This document shows positions 54,443 through 64,000 of a stretch of 64,000 bases of DNA, piece after piece. This stretch comes from an uncultured Terracidiphilus sp. GTDB taxonomy: Bacteria; Acidobacteriota; Terriglobia; Terriglobales; Acidobacteriaceae. A model generated the notes under the pieces. That model saw nothing but the letters and a program-made list of their open reading frames with translations, was not told the DNA's origin and did not search any database. The translations under genes and the position numbers were made by a program. The first letter of the stretch is position 1. Each line of letters opens with the position of its first letter. The stretch is from contig CAZGHZ010000002.1 of NCBI GenBank assembly GCA_964525655.1, positions 22,897 to 86,896 of the forward strand. The letters are read 5' to 3'.

Positions 54443-55078
54443 ATGGCCAAGGCCCCGGCATGCGGTTGGACGCTGGAAGATGCCGCGCGCGAGCGCGGAG
54501 CGTTGCGCATCGCCGGTCTGGATGAGGTGGGCCGCGGGCCGCTCTTCGGGCCGGTCGTGGCTGCCGCAGTCATCCTTCCAAGAGGTTGCCGTCTCCACGG
54601 CCTCGACGACTCAAAAAGACTCACCGCGAAGAAACGCACTGAACTCGATCTGGAGATTCGCGCCAATGCGATCAGTTGGGCGATTGCCGCTGTGGACGCT
54701 GAGGCGATCGACCGCATCAACATTCGTCGGGCTTCGCTACTGGCCATGCGTCTTGCGGTCGAGCAACTCACCCTCAGCCCCGATTTCCTGCTCATCGACG
54801 GCCGCGATGCAATCGACTGGAGCTGTCCGCAGCAGGCCGTGATTCATGGCGACGGAATCAGTTTCTCCATCGCAGCCGCCTCTGTGATCGCCAAAGTCCA
54901 TCGCGACCGGATGCTGGTGGAACTGGACCGCGAGTTTCCCGGCTATGGGCTGGCGCAGCACAAGGGTTACCCATGCCCCGAGCACCTTGCCGCTCTGGAG
55001 CGCCTCGGGCCAACGCCTTTGCACCGCAAGAGTTATCACCCCGTGGCGCAGTCGGCGCTACAATTCCCTGAGTCCTGA
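54443..55078 (+). CDS. rnhB: Ribonuclease HII
   Basis: IAGLDEVGRGPLFGPVVAAAV, DDSKRLT, IDGRD, KGYPCPEH. Start trimmed to ATG 54443. Confidence 0.9.
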   Translation: MAKAPACGWTLEDAARERGALRIAGLDEVGRGPLFGPVVAAAVILPRGCRLHGLDDSKRLTAKKRTELDLEIRANAISWAIAAVDAEAIDRINIRRASLLAMRLAVEQLTLSPDFLLIDGRDAIDWSCPQQAVIHGDGISFSIAAASVIAKVHRDRMLVELDREFPGYGLAQHKGYPCPEHLAALERLGPTPLHRKSYHPVAQSALQFPES

Positions 55079-55097
55079 AGAGCAGCGGAGGCTTGCG

Positions 55098-56261
55098 ATG
55101 GCGCGTTCGCGTTTGCTGTGGATTCTTGTGTGCTTCTGTCTCTTCGCGGGCGGCTGCGATCAGCACTCGGCGAAGAAGCCCGATCCAGCCAAAGGCGTAG
55201 TCACCGGAGTTGTAACCTGCGCGGATACTGGCAAGCCAGCTCGATTTGCCACGATCCATCTTGTCGCGGTGCCTAAGGAGGATGCCAAGGCTGACGGCCA
55301 GACGCCAGAACCGGAAAGCACTCTTACCGACCTCGACGGGCGTTTCAGGCTTGAGGCTGTCGAGCCGGGCCAATACTTCGCATTGGCGACAATGGAGGGT
55401 TACCTGGACCCTGAGCGCGGCCTCGATTTGAGACGATTGAACGCCTTGGGAAATGAGAAAGAGCAAACCCTCGAAATGGCCAAACAGTGGAAGACGCACT
55501 TGGTCGAAGTGACCGTCAGCAGGCATCGCACTGCCGAGGTTAGCATTCAGGTTGAGCGGGGCGCCGAGATCGATGGATCGGTCACTTATGACGATGGAAG
55601 CCCGGCCATCGGCATGCACTTCCTGCTGCTTCGCAAGGCCGAAAAGAGCGAGTGGAGCGGCGTCGGCCTCGCGCTCTTCAGAGGCTGGTCGATCGATTCA
55701 AAGAGCGACGGACACGGCCACTATAGCCTCACCAATCTCCCCGCTGGTGAGTACAAGCTCTGCGCGTCGATGCCCGTGGAAAACGAAGGCGCGGCACCGG
55801 CCATCTGTCTCGGAGATACCTTTCGCAGGAAGAATGCGACCATTACAAAGCTTGCTGCCGGAGAGATCGTGAACGGCGCGGACATTATGATCCCTCTCTC
55901 CGGACTGCACACCGTCTCGGGCACCGTGACGGCCCTCGCCGATGGTCATACGCCCACTCACGCGACGGTTCGGCTGCTCTACGCCGATGATCGTGAGGAT
56001 GCGCGCGAGCTATCTCCCAACGATGGTGCGTTTGCCTTCGAGTATGTCCCGGAGGGCAAGTACATCCTTCAAGTCACGGGCGCGGAGGACGTAGAACCAG
56101 CCAATGCTGCGACCGGAGCCGGTGACCCCGGCCCTGCGCCACCAAAGGCGAAAGCCGTCCGCTACGACGACAAGGAGATTCCGCTGACGGTCCAAAACGA
56201 TATGGAAGATCTGCTGGTTTCGTTGACCCCTGCTCCACCTGCTGCGCCAGCCGCGCCTTGA
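55098..56261 (+). CDS. Lipoprotein with repeated carboxypeptidase-regulatory-like (Ig/prealbumin-fold) domains
   Basis: Lipobox LFAGGC. Repeated units of the type GxVT..DG.P......L......(G.Y.L), e.g. DLDGRFRLEAVEPGQYF, SDGHGHYSLTNLPAGEYKL, NDGAFAFEYVPEGKYIL. Confidence 0.6.
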   Translation: MARSRLLWILVCFCLFAGGCDQHSAKKPDPAKGVVTGVVTCADTGKPARFATIHLVAVPKEDAKADGQTPEPESTLTDLDGRFRLEAVEPGQYFALATMEGYLDPERGLDLRRLNALGNEKEQTLEMAKQWKTHLVEVTVSRHRTAEVSIQVERGAEIDGSVTYDDGSPAIGMHFLLLRKAEKSEWSGVGLALFRGWSIDSKSDGHGHYSLTNLPAGEYKLCASMPVENEGAAPAICLGDTFRRKNATITKLAAGEIVNGADIMIPLSGLHTVSGTVTALADGHTPTHATVRLLYADDREDARELSPNDGAFAFEYVPEGKYILQVTGAEDVEPANAATGAGDPGPAPPKAKAVRYDDKEIPLTVQNDMEDLLVSLTPAPPAAPAAP

Positions 56262-56269
56262 TGCGGGTC

Positions 56270-56899
56270 TCAATCGGCGGCCCGCGCGGCCTTTGCACTC
56301 TGAAGCCGCTTCTGCCACAGGGTCCATGCCGGCCGCGACAGCAGCAGAACTGCCAGAACTACCGTCAGGTTCATCGGCGCGAGAACCCCCGGTTTGACCT
56401 GCCACCAGTAGTGAATCACTCCGCAGACGGCGGCCAGGTAGACCAGCTTGTGCAGGCGGTTCCAGCGCTTGCCGCCCAGCTTGCGAATGGCCCAATTGGT
56501 CGAGGTGGCGGCCAGCGGCACGAGCAGCAGCCACGCGGCCACGCCGACGGTGATAAAGCGGCGCTTGGCGATGTCGGTAGCCATGGTGTTGACGTCGAAG
56601 CCCGCATAAAGAGCGATGTACGTACCCAGATGCAGCGTGGCATAGAAGAAGGCAAACAGGCCCAGCAGGCGGCGGAACTTCACCAGCCAGGTCAGCTCTG
56701 GGATGAGGCGGCGAACCGGCGTGACGGCCAGCGAAATGATGAGCAGGAGCAGGGTTGTGTAACCCGTTGTAAGAGTGATTTTGGCTGTAGGGTCCGCGCC
56801 CAGATTGTTGGTCGCTGCGCCCCAAACAAGTTGGGCCAGCGGCCAAAGGCAGGCCAGCCAGGTGAGGGTCTTGAGCGCGATGAGGGTCGGTCGTTTCAT
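56270..56899 (-). CDS. msrQ: Protein-methionine-sulfoxide reductase heme-binding membrane subunit MsrQ (YedZ)
   Basis: Six-TM ferric-reductase-like protein of ~209 aa, immediately downstream of the msrP-like gene. Conserved His-containing helices (ATLHLGTYI, LHKLVYLAAVCGVIHYWW). Confidence 0.8.
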   Translation of the reverse strand: MKRPTLIALKTLTWLACLWPLAQLVWGAATNNLGADPTAKITLTTGYTTLLLLIISLAVTPVRRLIPELTWLVKFRRLLGLFAFFYATLHLGTYIALYAGFDVNTMATDIAKRRFITVGVAAWLLLVPLAATSTNWAIRKLGGKRWNRLHKLVYLAAVCGVIHYWWQVKPGVLAPMNLTVVLAVLLLSRPAWTLWQKRLQSAKAARAAD

Positions 56900-56974
56900 G
56901 GTCTCCGCGAGTCGGCGAGTCTCTTTGAATCTTGTTGAGAGGCCAACAGCCCGTTGTGAAATTCCTGTTTTGAA

Positions 56975-57038
56975 AGGGCACGGCTTTAGTCGTGCCGTAG
57001 GCGGCTCAAAATAGATGCGGGCTTTAGCCCCTGAGGGA
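56975..57038 (+). repeat. Copy A of the 64-65 nt dispersed two-hairpin repeat (between msrP and msrQ)
   Basis: agggcacggctttagtcgtgcc...gcgggctttagcccctgaggga. Hairpin 1 is ggcacggc/gtcgtgcc and hairpin 2 is gggc/gccc. Confidence 0.65.
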
Positions 57039-57099
57039 TGGTTTTTCGGCCTTTTCGATTTTCAATACAGGCTGTAACGGGCTGTTCCCTGATCCCTCG

Positions 57100-58092
57100 T
57101 CAGAAGTTCCTCTTCAAGTTCATGCCGTTGTAGAGCGAGGCGACCTGGTCGCCATAGCCGTTGAACATCAGCGTGCTGCGGCGCTGTGCATAGAATGGCT
57201 GCCCGATGCGGCGTTCGGTCTTCTGGCTCCAGCGGGGATGGTCCACCTCGGGATTCACGTTCGAGTAGAAGCCATATTCGCTGGGTCCCATGTCGTTCCA
57301 AGTCGTAGGTGGCTGATGGTCGAGGAAGCGCACGGTTACAATCGACTTCGCGGATTTGAAGCCGTACTTCCACGGCACCACGACGCGCACCGGAGCGCCG
57401 TCCTGGTTGGGCAGCACCTCGCCGTAGAGGCCAAAGGTCAGCAGCGTCAGCGGGTTCATCGCCTCGTCCATTCTCAGGCCTTCGGAGTAGGGTGAATAAA
57501 ACGAGGCCTGAGTCGCCCACTTCTCGACCTTCCTGTCGTAGTAGGAGAGGAATTGCACAAACTTTGCGCTGGGCAGCGGGTCGCACTGGTTGATGAACTC
57601 CGAGAGCGAATAACCGACCCAGGGTATGACCATGCTCCAGGCCTCGACGCAGCGATGGCGATAGACGCGATCTTCGAGCGGACGCAGCTTGAGCAGCGCC
57701 TCGATGTCAAAGGTCTTGGGCTGCTTGACCTTGCCCTCCACCTTGATCGTCCATGGCCGCGTTGGAAGCACGCCGGCGTTCTTTGCCGGCTCGGCCTTGT
57801 CCACGCCGAACTCGTAGAAGTTGTTGTAGTGGGTGATGTCTTCGAGGCTGGTCAGTTGCTCGCCGGTGGTGGTCAGCGGGCTTTTGACCGTCTCGAGCTT
57901 CGTTCCGGCCAGCGCCGCGACGCTAGGCGAAAAAAGCTCCGCCAGACGCTCGGCGCCGATTGCGGTTGCGCCAGCGGCAACCGCCGTTGAGGCGGCTGAA
58001 CGCAGGAAGCGGCGGCGATTGAGGTACCAGTTGTATCCCTCTCGGGATGTGATCTCGGAAGAAGGGTTATCGGGCGGTTTGCCGATGAGCAT
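57100..58092 (-). CDS. msrP: Protein-methionine-sulfoxide reductase catalytic subunit MsrP (YedY), molybdopterin enzyme
   Basis: Tat-type signal [11 protein letters not shown]. Motifs [23 protein letters not shown] and [15 protein letters not shown] typical of YedY. Confidence 0.88.
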   Translation of the reverse strand: MLIGKPPDNPSSEITSREGYNWYLNRRRFLRSAASTAVAAGATAIGAERLAELFSPSVAALAGTKLETVKSPLTTTGEQLTSLEDITHYNNFYEFGVDKAEPAKNAGVLPTRPWTIKVEGKVKQPKTFDIEALLKLRPLEDRVYRHRCVEAWSMVIPWVGYSLSEFINQCDPLPSAKFVQFLSYYDRKVEKWATQASFYSPYSEGLRMDEAMNPLTLLTFGLYGEVLPNQDGAPVRVVVPWKYGFKSAKSIVTVRFLDHQPPTTWNDMGPSEYGFYSNVNPEVDHPRWSQKTERRIGQPFYAQRRSTLMFNGYGDQVASLYNGMNLKRNF

Positions 58093-58217
58093 GAATGTGA
58101 CCTCGCGCTGGGAAGCGCCGATTGCAATCATTAGACACGAAAAGGGTCACATAAGTTACAGAAGTAGGGCTTGTTTTTTGGGAGAGTGTGAGACGTTCGG
58201 CAAGTTCCTTTCGACTC

Positions 58218-58769
58218 TCAACTCGGTCCTGGAGCGGTGGGAACCCAATAGCGCCGCTCCAAAATGCCTTCGTGATTTGAATCCTCGATGCGATCTCCGC
58301 CACACTTTTCGATCACTCTTGCGGAAGCGGCATTGCCATCGTTGCAAGTGACCAGCGCCTTCTCGACGCCAGTCTCTGCCAGCAGCTGCAGAGCAAACCT
58401 CATTGCGGCGGTGGCGACGCCCCGATTGCGGCAGGACGGTCTGACCTTGTAGCCGATGTGGCCGCCAACAATCTTGAGTCGTGGTGATAATTGGCGACGG
58501 ATGAAGAGCTCTCCCAGAATTCGTTCATCGGCTTCGATGAAATAAGAATCCATCGGCACGATCTCCGGCCTCGGGTATCCGCCGGCCTTCATTTGTGAAA
58601 GCAACGCGTAATAAGCGGAATAGCCTTCCCACCCGATCGCCTGATCTCCGCTATAAACGTCCTGCTCGCCTGCCGCTCGAAACTCAGCGAGCATTCCGGT
58701 GAACTCCTGATCTCTTCCCGGAGCCATGGGCGTCAGGACAACACGGGCAGCAAGGTTCTCGTCGCTCAT
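58218..58769 (-). CDS. GNAT-family N-acetyltransferase
   Basis: IGYKVRPSCRNRGVATAAMRFALQLL..NAASARVIEKCGG (acetyl-CoA binding motif A). Start trimmed to ATG 58769. Confidence 0.75.
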   Translation of the reverse strand: MSDENLAARVVLTPMAPGRDQEFTGMLAEFRAAGEQDVYSGDQAIGWEGYSAYYALLSQMKAGGYPRPEIVPMDSYFIEADERILGELFIRRQLSPRLKIVGGHIGYKVRPSCRNRGVATAAMRFALQLLAETGVEKALVTCNDGNAASARVIEKCGGDRIEDSNHEGILERRYWVPTAPGPS

Positions 58770-58976
58770 GCCATTCGTATACCATGCACGCTTGCTGTTG
58801 ACGACCCAAACACTCCGCTTGTGTGAATGGTCATTGCCCGAGCCGCCGTGCGCGGAAGCAGTAGATCGGTGTGCCGAAAGCGCCGACTCTCGCCGCAACC
58901 CCCAGCCAAGTCCCTTCGCATTGGCAACTCACGATCCGCCCCCCGTTCGATCCTGAGATCTACTTTCGTTAGATGT

Positions 58977-59330
58977 TTATGGCCATTTCACCCCAAACCG
59001 CGCCTTCAGCACGGAAGCTTTCCTTGCCGCCGGCGCCATCTTGGACAAAAGCAGAAAGACGGCGACGATCCCAGAGAGAATCTTCACACCCATTGCTGCA
59101 TCTTCTGCATCGGGAAACGTAACGGCCATCATCAATCTGATTGGAACACTTATCAAGAGCACCCCCCAGGTGGCCCAAAGGAAGAAATCGATGCTCTTGA
59201 GTTCCAGCGCCTTCCACTCTACGAATGCTTCTTGAGGCATTGCCGGAAGCTGCTCGGTGGTGAGCGCCTTGAGCTTGGGTCTTCGGAATGCGTAAACGAT
59301 CCCCGCTATCAGGACTATGAGTTCAATCAT
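58977..59330 (-). CDS. Small hypothetical membrane protein
   Basis: 117-aa ORF with three hydrophobic helices; no family recognised. Confidence 0.45.
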   Translation of the reverse strand: MIELIVLIAGIVYAFRRPKLKALTTEQLPAMPQEAFVEWKALELKSIDFFLWATWGVLLISVPIRLMMAVTFPDAEDAAMGVKILSGIVAVFLLLSKMAPAARKASVLKARFGVKWP

Positions 59331-59433
59331 CGCTATCCTTACAGTTGTTGTCTGGTTGTTTGCTTACTCGCATCGTAATGTTCGCCGCTCACTTCATCAA
59401 ATGAAAATTCGACTAACAGTTACTTGACACGCT

Positions 59434-60870
59434 TCACTTTGCGGCGGCGCGCGTAAACGGCCATTGTCCCAGCCGCCGTGCGCGGACCCCATAGATCAGC
59501 GTGCCGGATGCGGCAATTCCCGCGGCTACCCCCAGCCCGCCTAGCGCGTGGCTGCGGTTCACCAACATAAACAGGAACCCCGCGATGGCCGCCAGCGGAG
59601 GCAGCGGGTAGAACGGAATCCTGAAGGGGCGCGGCAGCTCCGGCCTTTGCGCCCGCAGCACCATCACCCCCACATGCTGCAAAAAGAACTGGATCAAGAT
59701 TCGCGTGACAACCAGCATCGTGATCACCTGCGCCAGCGAGAAGAAACAGAATCCTGCGGCCACCAATCCCAAAGCCACCAGCGACCTGTGGGGAATGCCG
59801 TGCTTTGGATGGACCGCGGCGAGGAACCGGAAGTAGTTGCCATCTCGGGCGGCGGCGTAGGGCACGCGGGAGTAGCCGAGCAGCAGTGAGAAGATGGATC
59901 CGAAGGCCGTCCAGATGATCAGCGCGGCCATCAATCGGCCTGCCAGGCTGCCAAAGGCTGATCTGGCGATGTCGGCCACCAGTTGCAGGCGGACCGCAGC
60001 TCCGGCAGCAACGTGCGATGCGGCATCGCGACCTCCATCGCGCATTGCCGGCAGCGCGGCCAGGTCCATTGCAACGTAAAACCCCGCGACGAAGAGCAGC
60101 GAGAGCAGAATGGCGCGCGGAATCGTCCGCTCGGGCTTGCGGACCTCGCCGCCCAGGAAGGCAATGTTGTAGTAGCCCCAATAGCAATAGGTCGTCAGCA
60201 GCGTGGCCTGCGCCAGACCGCCCAGCGCCACGGGAAGTGAGATCGCCGGCTCGGCTGGCATCCGCCATCCGCCTGTGGTCGCTGCGTGCGCAAAGCCGGA
60301 GACGATCACCCCAGCGATGGCCGCCAGCACACCGGCAAAAAGCACCCAGGCCAGCCGCGTGACGGACTTCAGGTTCCGATAGAGCAGCGCCGTCACCAGC
60401 AAGCAGGTGGCGGCGGCGGCGAAGTTCGAGTAGTGCAAAGCGGGCAAGGCTGCAAAAGGTGCGGCATCTAACCCCGGCCAGAACCAGGCCAGAAAGCTGG
60501 ACAGCCCGATGCAGCCCGAGGCAATGGCCAGCGGCGCGGTGAAGCTCACCTGCCAGACATAGAGAAAGCTCAGCCAGTTGCCGGCCCGCTCGGGGCCGTA
60601 GATCTCGCGCAGGAACGCATAGGAACCGCCGGCCCTGGGGAAGGCTGCACCCAGCTCGGCCCAGACCAGCCCGTCGGCCACGGCGATGGCCGCGCCCAAC
60701 ACCCAGGCCCACACCGAGAGCCGGTAGCCAGCAGCGGCGATCACCAGCGGCAGCGTAATGAAGGGACCAACCCCGATCATCTCCAGCATGTTGAAGGCGA
60801 CCGCCGAGCGCAGGCCGATGCGGCGCTCAAGGGTAGGGGCACTAGCGGACTGGGTGGAGGAATTATTCAT
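59434..60870 (-). CDS. APC-superfamily amino acid/polyamine permease
   Basis: 478-aa 12-TM profile. N-terminal IGLRSAVAFNMLEMIGVGPF and AELGAAFPRAGGSY motifs typical of APC permeases. Confidence 0.8.
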   Translation of the reverse strand: MNNSSTQSASAPTLERRIGLRSAVAFNMLEMIGVGPFITLPLVIAAAGYRLSVWAWVLGAAIAVADGLVWAELGAAFPRAGGSYAFLREIYGPERAGNWLSFLYVWQVSFTAPLAIASGCIGLSSFLAWFWPGLDAAPFAALPALHYSNFAAAATCLLVTALLYRNLKSVTRLAWVLFAGVLAAIAGVIVSGFAHAATTGGWRMPAEPAISLPVALGGLAQATLLTTYCYWGYYNIAFLGGEVRKPERTIPRAILLSLLFVAGFYVAMDLAALPAMRDGGRDAASHVAAGAAVRLQLVADIARSAFGSLAGRLMAALIIWTAFGSIFSLLLGYSRVPYAAARDGNYFRFLAAVHPKHGIPHRSLVALGLVAAGFCFFSLAQVITMLVVTRILIQFFLQHVGVMVLRAQRPELPRPFRIPFYPLPPLAAIAGFLFMLVNRSHALGGLGVAAGIAASGTLIYGVRARRLGQWPFTRAAAK

Positions 60871-60910
60871 ACAGACACTGGAGCCTGTTTCGAGAATGCC
60901 GCATTGTGCC

Positions 60911-60975
60911 AGGGCACGACTTCAGTCGCGTCGCACGACGAAAACAGAACATTCTGCCTTTTAGCCCCTGAGGGA
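60911..60975 (+). repeat. Copy B of the 64-65 nt dispersed two-hairpin repeat
   Basis: agggcacgacttcagtcgcg...ccttttagcccctgaggga. The shared upstream cctgttt lies at 60884-60890. Confidence 0.65.
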
Positions 60976-61056
60976 ACTGCTCTTGGAGCGGGCTGTCGTA
61001 GACTCCAATCTTCGAAGCCCCGACATCGCTCCCCGGATTGTACACTGACGGCAGGT

Positions 61057-63960
61057 ATGATCCGAGCCAAGAGAGTTCAACAATTAGTGGTTGAGGCGGT
61101 CCTCACCGTGCTGATACTGGCGGGGGCTGGAGCGCTTTGCCTGAGTGCGCAGCAACCTGGACAGGCCACACAGCAACCCCAATCGCAAGCCCGCGACCTT
61201 TCCTCGATTCCTCTTCCCGAGCCGAGCGAGATCGCGCTGCCCCTGCCCGAAGACCGCGGCGCAGCGGCTCTGGAGCAATCGCTCAAGCGCCTTTCGACCA
61301 CTGCCAGCGTGATGATGATCGTCGCGCATCCGGACGACGAGGACGGCGCACTGCTGACCTACCTGAGCCGTGGCCTCGGCGTGCGCACGACCCTGCTGAC
61401 GCTGAATCGCGGAGAAGGCGGGCAAAACGCCATGAGCGCCGACGCCGACGATGCGCTGGGGCTGATTCGCACCAATGAACTGCTGCGGGCCGGTGAGTTC
61501 TATGGCGCGAAACAGCTCTGGGGCACCGAGGCCGATTTTGGTTTTTCGAAGACGCAAGAGGAGGCCTTTGCCAAGTGGGGCCACGAGCGCGTCCTCTACG
61601 ATGCGGTGCTGGCCGTGCGCCGCGAGAGGCCGCAGATTATCGTTTCGACATTCGTCGGCGGAGTCACCGACGGCCACGGCCACCACCAGGTCTCCGGCGA
61701 GATCGCGCAGGAGGTCTTCAAGGCCGCCGGCGATCCGACGGTTTTTCCGGAACAACTGAAGGATGGATTGCAGCCCTGGCAGCCGCTGGCCGTGTACTCG
61801 ATGGTGCCGTTTGCGCCCATCACCGACAAAGGCATGTTCGACTATGCGACCGGCAAATGGACCCCGGCGCGCTTCAAAAACTACGTGACTGGCGAATGGA
61901 CTGAAGGCGCTCTCTCGACCGATGTAACGCTGCCAGTTGGCACGCTCGACCCGGTGCTTGGCCGCAGCTATGTGCAGATCGCGCGCGAAGGCTGGGGCGA
62001 GCAGAAGTCACAGAACGGCGGCGCAAACCCCACGCTGAGCGGCCCAGCGACCACGAGCTATCATCTGTGGACGGTGGCGCCGCCTGCGCGGCCACGGCCT
62101 GCCGACTATAACGGGGACGCCAAGCCCAGGGAGAGCCCGAAGATCGACGCGAGTCTCTTCCGCAACCGCTCCGTCTCGATCGACACATGGATCGGAGGGC
62201 TGCCACAATTGGCCAAGGCTCCCGCCCCTCGGTGGCTGGTTATGGGCACGGCTGAGATCGGCGGCAATCTGAGGGATCTTCTGGAAGAATGCAAGGGCAA
62301 TGAAGGGGTCGAGACAGCGCACAAGCTGGCTGCTATTTACAGGCAAACCTTGGATCTTCGCGCGCAAGTTCAGAACGCTCCGGAGGCGGATCTGGATGCC
62401 CAGTCCAAAGCTAACCTGCTCTTCGAATTGGACCTGAAGATTGACCAGTTCCAGACCGCACTGAAGGAATTGCTCGGTCTGGACCTGATCGCCTTCACCA
62501 CCAAAGCCGACAACGTTCAGAGCGGCGGCCCCTTCCGCGGCGGCTCAGCCGATGAGACTCCGCGCAGCGTCACGCCGGGCGAGGAGTTCAAGGTTCGCGT
62601 CCATACCGCGCAGGCGACCGGCGATTCCCGGATTGAAAAGGTCTGGCTCGTCAGCCAAAGCGGCGACCCGTGGAAGGCAGAAATCTCAACCGGCGCAATC
62701 GATCCGGCAGCCCCATCCGTTGATTCGATCTTCCGCGTGCGCGCCGCCGAAAACAGCGAGCCGACGAAGCCTTTCTTCACTCGGCCCTCCATCGAGCAGC
62801 CTTTCTACGATTTGACCAAGCCCGAAGATCGCCTCCGTTCCTTTGCGCCTTATCCGTTGCAGGCCTGGGCCGAGTTTTCCTTCGACGGCCTGCCCATCCG
62901 CGTCGGCCAGGTGGTGCAGACTTTGCAGCATGTTCAGGGGCCCGGCGGGATCTATGAGCCGCTGGTGGTCACGCCAGCAATTGGCGTACGCATGGAGCCC
63001 GAGGCGCGCGTTCTTCCCTTTGATGGCAGCGCCTTGCCGGTCAAAGTCACAGTTCACAGCGAGGCCGCTGCTGAGGGAACTGTCACCCTTGAGTTGCCGG
63101 CTGGATGGACGGCCCAACCCAGCGAAGCGAAGTTCCATCGCGACAGCGCCGGCGACACCGAGCCTCTGCTCTTCTTCGTCTCGACGGACGGTGCGACAAC
63201 CGGCGCATACTCCATCACGGCGGTAGCCCACTCCGGCGGTCACGACTACCAGACCGGCTGGAAGAGCATTGGCTATGGCGGGTTACGCCCCTATGATTTG
63301 TACAAGCCAGCCGAGCTGAAGACTCGCAAAGTGGATGTAAAGCTGGCGCCGGGCTTGCGCATCGGCTACGTAATGGGCACCGGCGACCTGGTTCCCGAGG
63401 CCATCGAAGCCATGGGCGTCGCGCCGCATCTGCTCACTGCGGCCGAGTTGACCTCGGGCGACCTCTCCTCGTGGAATGTCATTGTCCTTGGCATTCGCGC
63501 TTACTCCGCCCGCCCCGAACTGACCACCGCCCAACCCAGACTGGAAGAGTTTGTCCGCCGTGGCGGGACCCTGATTGTCCAGTATCAGAGCGGAAACTTT
63601 CCGGCTCCGTTTCCGCTCTCGATGGGGCGCATGGCCGAGCGCGTTGTGGATGAGACTGCGCCGGTGAAGCTCCTCGATCCGGCCCACCCTATTTTCACCT
63701 CGCCCAACGCGATCACCGCTGCGGACTTCAACGGATGGGTCGAGGAGCGCGGCCACTCCTTCCTGGATAGCTGGGACAAGAGTTACACGCCGCTTACCGA
63801 AACCGCCGACCCCGGACAGGACCCGCAACGCGGCGGCCTGCTGGTGGCTCATCCCGGAAAGGGAGCCTATATCTACTTGGCATACGCTCTCTATCGCCAG
63901 CTACCCGAGCTGGTTCCCGGCGCCTACCGCCTGCTTGGAAACCTGCTGAGCGCAAAATAG
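61057..63960 (+). CDS. Large secreted PIG-L/LmbE-family deacetylase domain protein with long C-terminal extension
   Basis: LmbE signature MMIVAHPDDEDGALLTYL..TLLTLNRGEGGQN and HGHHQ. N-terminal signal/anchor. The C-terminal part resembles class-I amidotransferase-like/ThuA-like regions (WNVIVLGIRAY..GGTLIVQY). Start trimmed to ATG 61057. Confidence 0.75.
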   Translation: MIRAKRVQQLVVEAVLTVLILAGAGALCLSAQQPGQATQQPQSQARDLSSIPLPEPSEIALPLPEDRGAAALEQSLKRLSTTASVMMIVAHPDDEDGALLTYLSRGLGVRTTLLTLNRGEGGQNAMSADADDALGLIRTNELLRAGEFYGAKQLWGTEADFGFSKTQEEAFAKWGHERVLYDAVLAVRRERPQIIVSTFVGGVTDGHGHHQVSGEIAQEVFKAAGDPTVFPEQLKDGLQPWQPLAVYSMVPFAPITDKGMFDYATGKWTPARFKNYVTGEWTEGALSTDVTLPVGTLDPVLGRSYVQIAREGWGEQKSQNGGANPTLSGPATTSYHLWTVAPPARPRPADYNGDAKPRESPKIDASLFRNRSVSIDTWIGGLPQLAKAPAPRWLVMGTAEIGGNLRDLLEECKGNEGVETAHKLAAIYRQTLDLRAQVQNAPEADLDAQSKANLLFELDLKIDQFQTALKELLGLDLIAFTTKADNVQSGGPFRGGSADETPRSVTPGEEFKVRVHTAQATGDSRIEKVWLVSQSGDPWKAEISTGAIDPAAPSVDSIFRVRAAENSEPTKPFFTRPSIEQPFYDLTKPEDRLRSFAPYPLQAWAEFSFDGLPIRVGQVVQTLQHVQGPGGIYEPLVVTPAIGVRMEPEARVLPFDGSALPVKVTVHSEAAAEGTVTLELPAGWTAQPSEAKFHRDSAGDTEPLLFFVSTDGATTGAYSITAVAHSGGHDYQTGWKSIGYGGLRPYDLYKPAELKTRKVDVKLAPGLRIGYVMGTGDLVPEAIEAMGVAPHLLTAAELTSGDLSSWNVIVLGIRAYSARPELTTAQPRLEEFVRRGGTLIVQYQSGNFPAPFPLSMGRMAERVVDETAPVKLLDPAHPIFTSPNAITAADFNGWVEERGHSFLDSWDKSYTPLTETADPGQDPQRGGLLVAHPGKGAYIYLAYALYRQLPELVPGAYRLLGNLLSAK

Positions 63961-64000
63961 GAGATCGAGGCAGGCGGAATCGAAATTCAAGCGCCGCTCT

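Noticed and set aside
59420-60712. 430-aa same-strand, alternative-frame ORF overlapping the APC permease gene.
   Set aside because: It has an Arg/Gly/Ala-rich composition without motifs. The other frame gives a clean 12-TM permease.
1-64000. Search for tRNA, rRNA, transposase, integrase, phage or defence-system genes, and CRISPR arrays.
   Set aside because: No cloverleaf-like sequences were seen in intergenic regions, no regularly spaced repeats, and no ORFs with recombinase, RT, nuclease-helicase or Cas-like motifs. The only accessory-type module is the degenerate toxin-antitoxin locus.

Overview
GC-rich, tightly packed bacterial chromosomal window with about 50 protein-coding genes on both strands. 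I recognised no rRNA, tRNA, CRISPR array, transposase or integrase. The protein repertoire suggests Acidobacteriota, by inference only: a CarboxypepD_reg-type TonB-dependent receptor, an S46 peptidase, a giant PIG-L/LmbE protein, GH2/GH31/GH77 glycosidases, and BON and YVTN proteins.

1-23 kb is a housekeeping/accessory mix: aroF, a ppiD-like gene, GH2, malQ, a degenerate HigB/RelE-XRE toxin-antitoxin ORF, two paralogous membrane proteins, an ABC transporter, ssb, an amidohydrolase, an OPA-family MFS transporter, a coaX-HAD-HD-EEP operon and MarR.

23.4-48.9 kb is the standout: a roughly 25-kb phosphonate (C-P lyase) supercluster in three transcription units.
- TonB receptor, then phnM-GNAT-phnM-S51 peptidase-P-loop kinase (+).
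- Two ABC exporter genes, then DUF1045-phosphohexomutase-hexapeptide transferase (-).
- phnGHIJKL-phnDCEE-phnM (+).

The supercluster has several unusual properties.
- The PhnJ homologue lacks three of the four canonical cysteines of the radical-SAM C-P lyase motif.
- There are three PhnM paralogues.
- No recognisable phnN, phnP or phnF is present.
- An AT-rich palindrome (ATTCGTATACGAAT and variants) recurs in the promoter regions of the units.

49-64 kb carries GH31, an S46 peptidase, rnhB, a CarboxypepD_reg lipoprotein, msrPQ, a GNAT, an APC permease and a PIG-L deacetylase.

A 64-65 nt two-hairpin repeat occurs in three intergenic regions. Many long antisense ORFs in the track are GC-rich shadow ORFs and were rejected.
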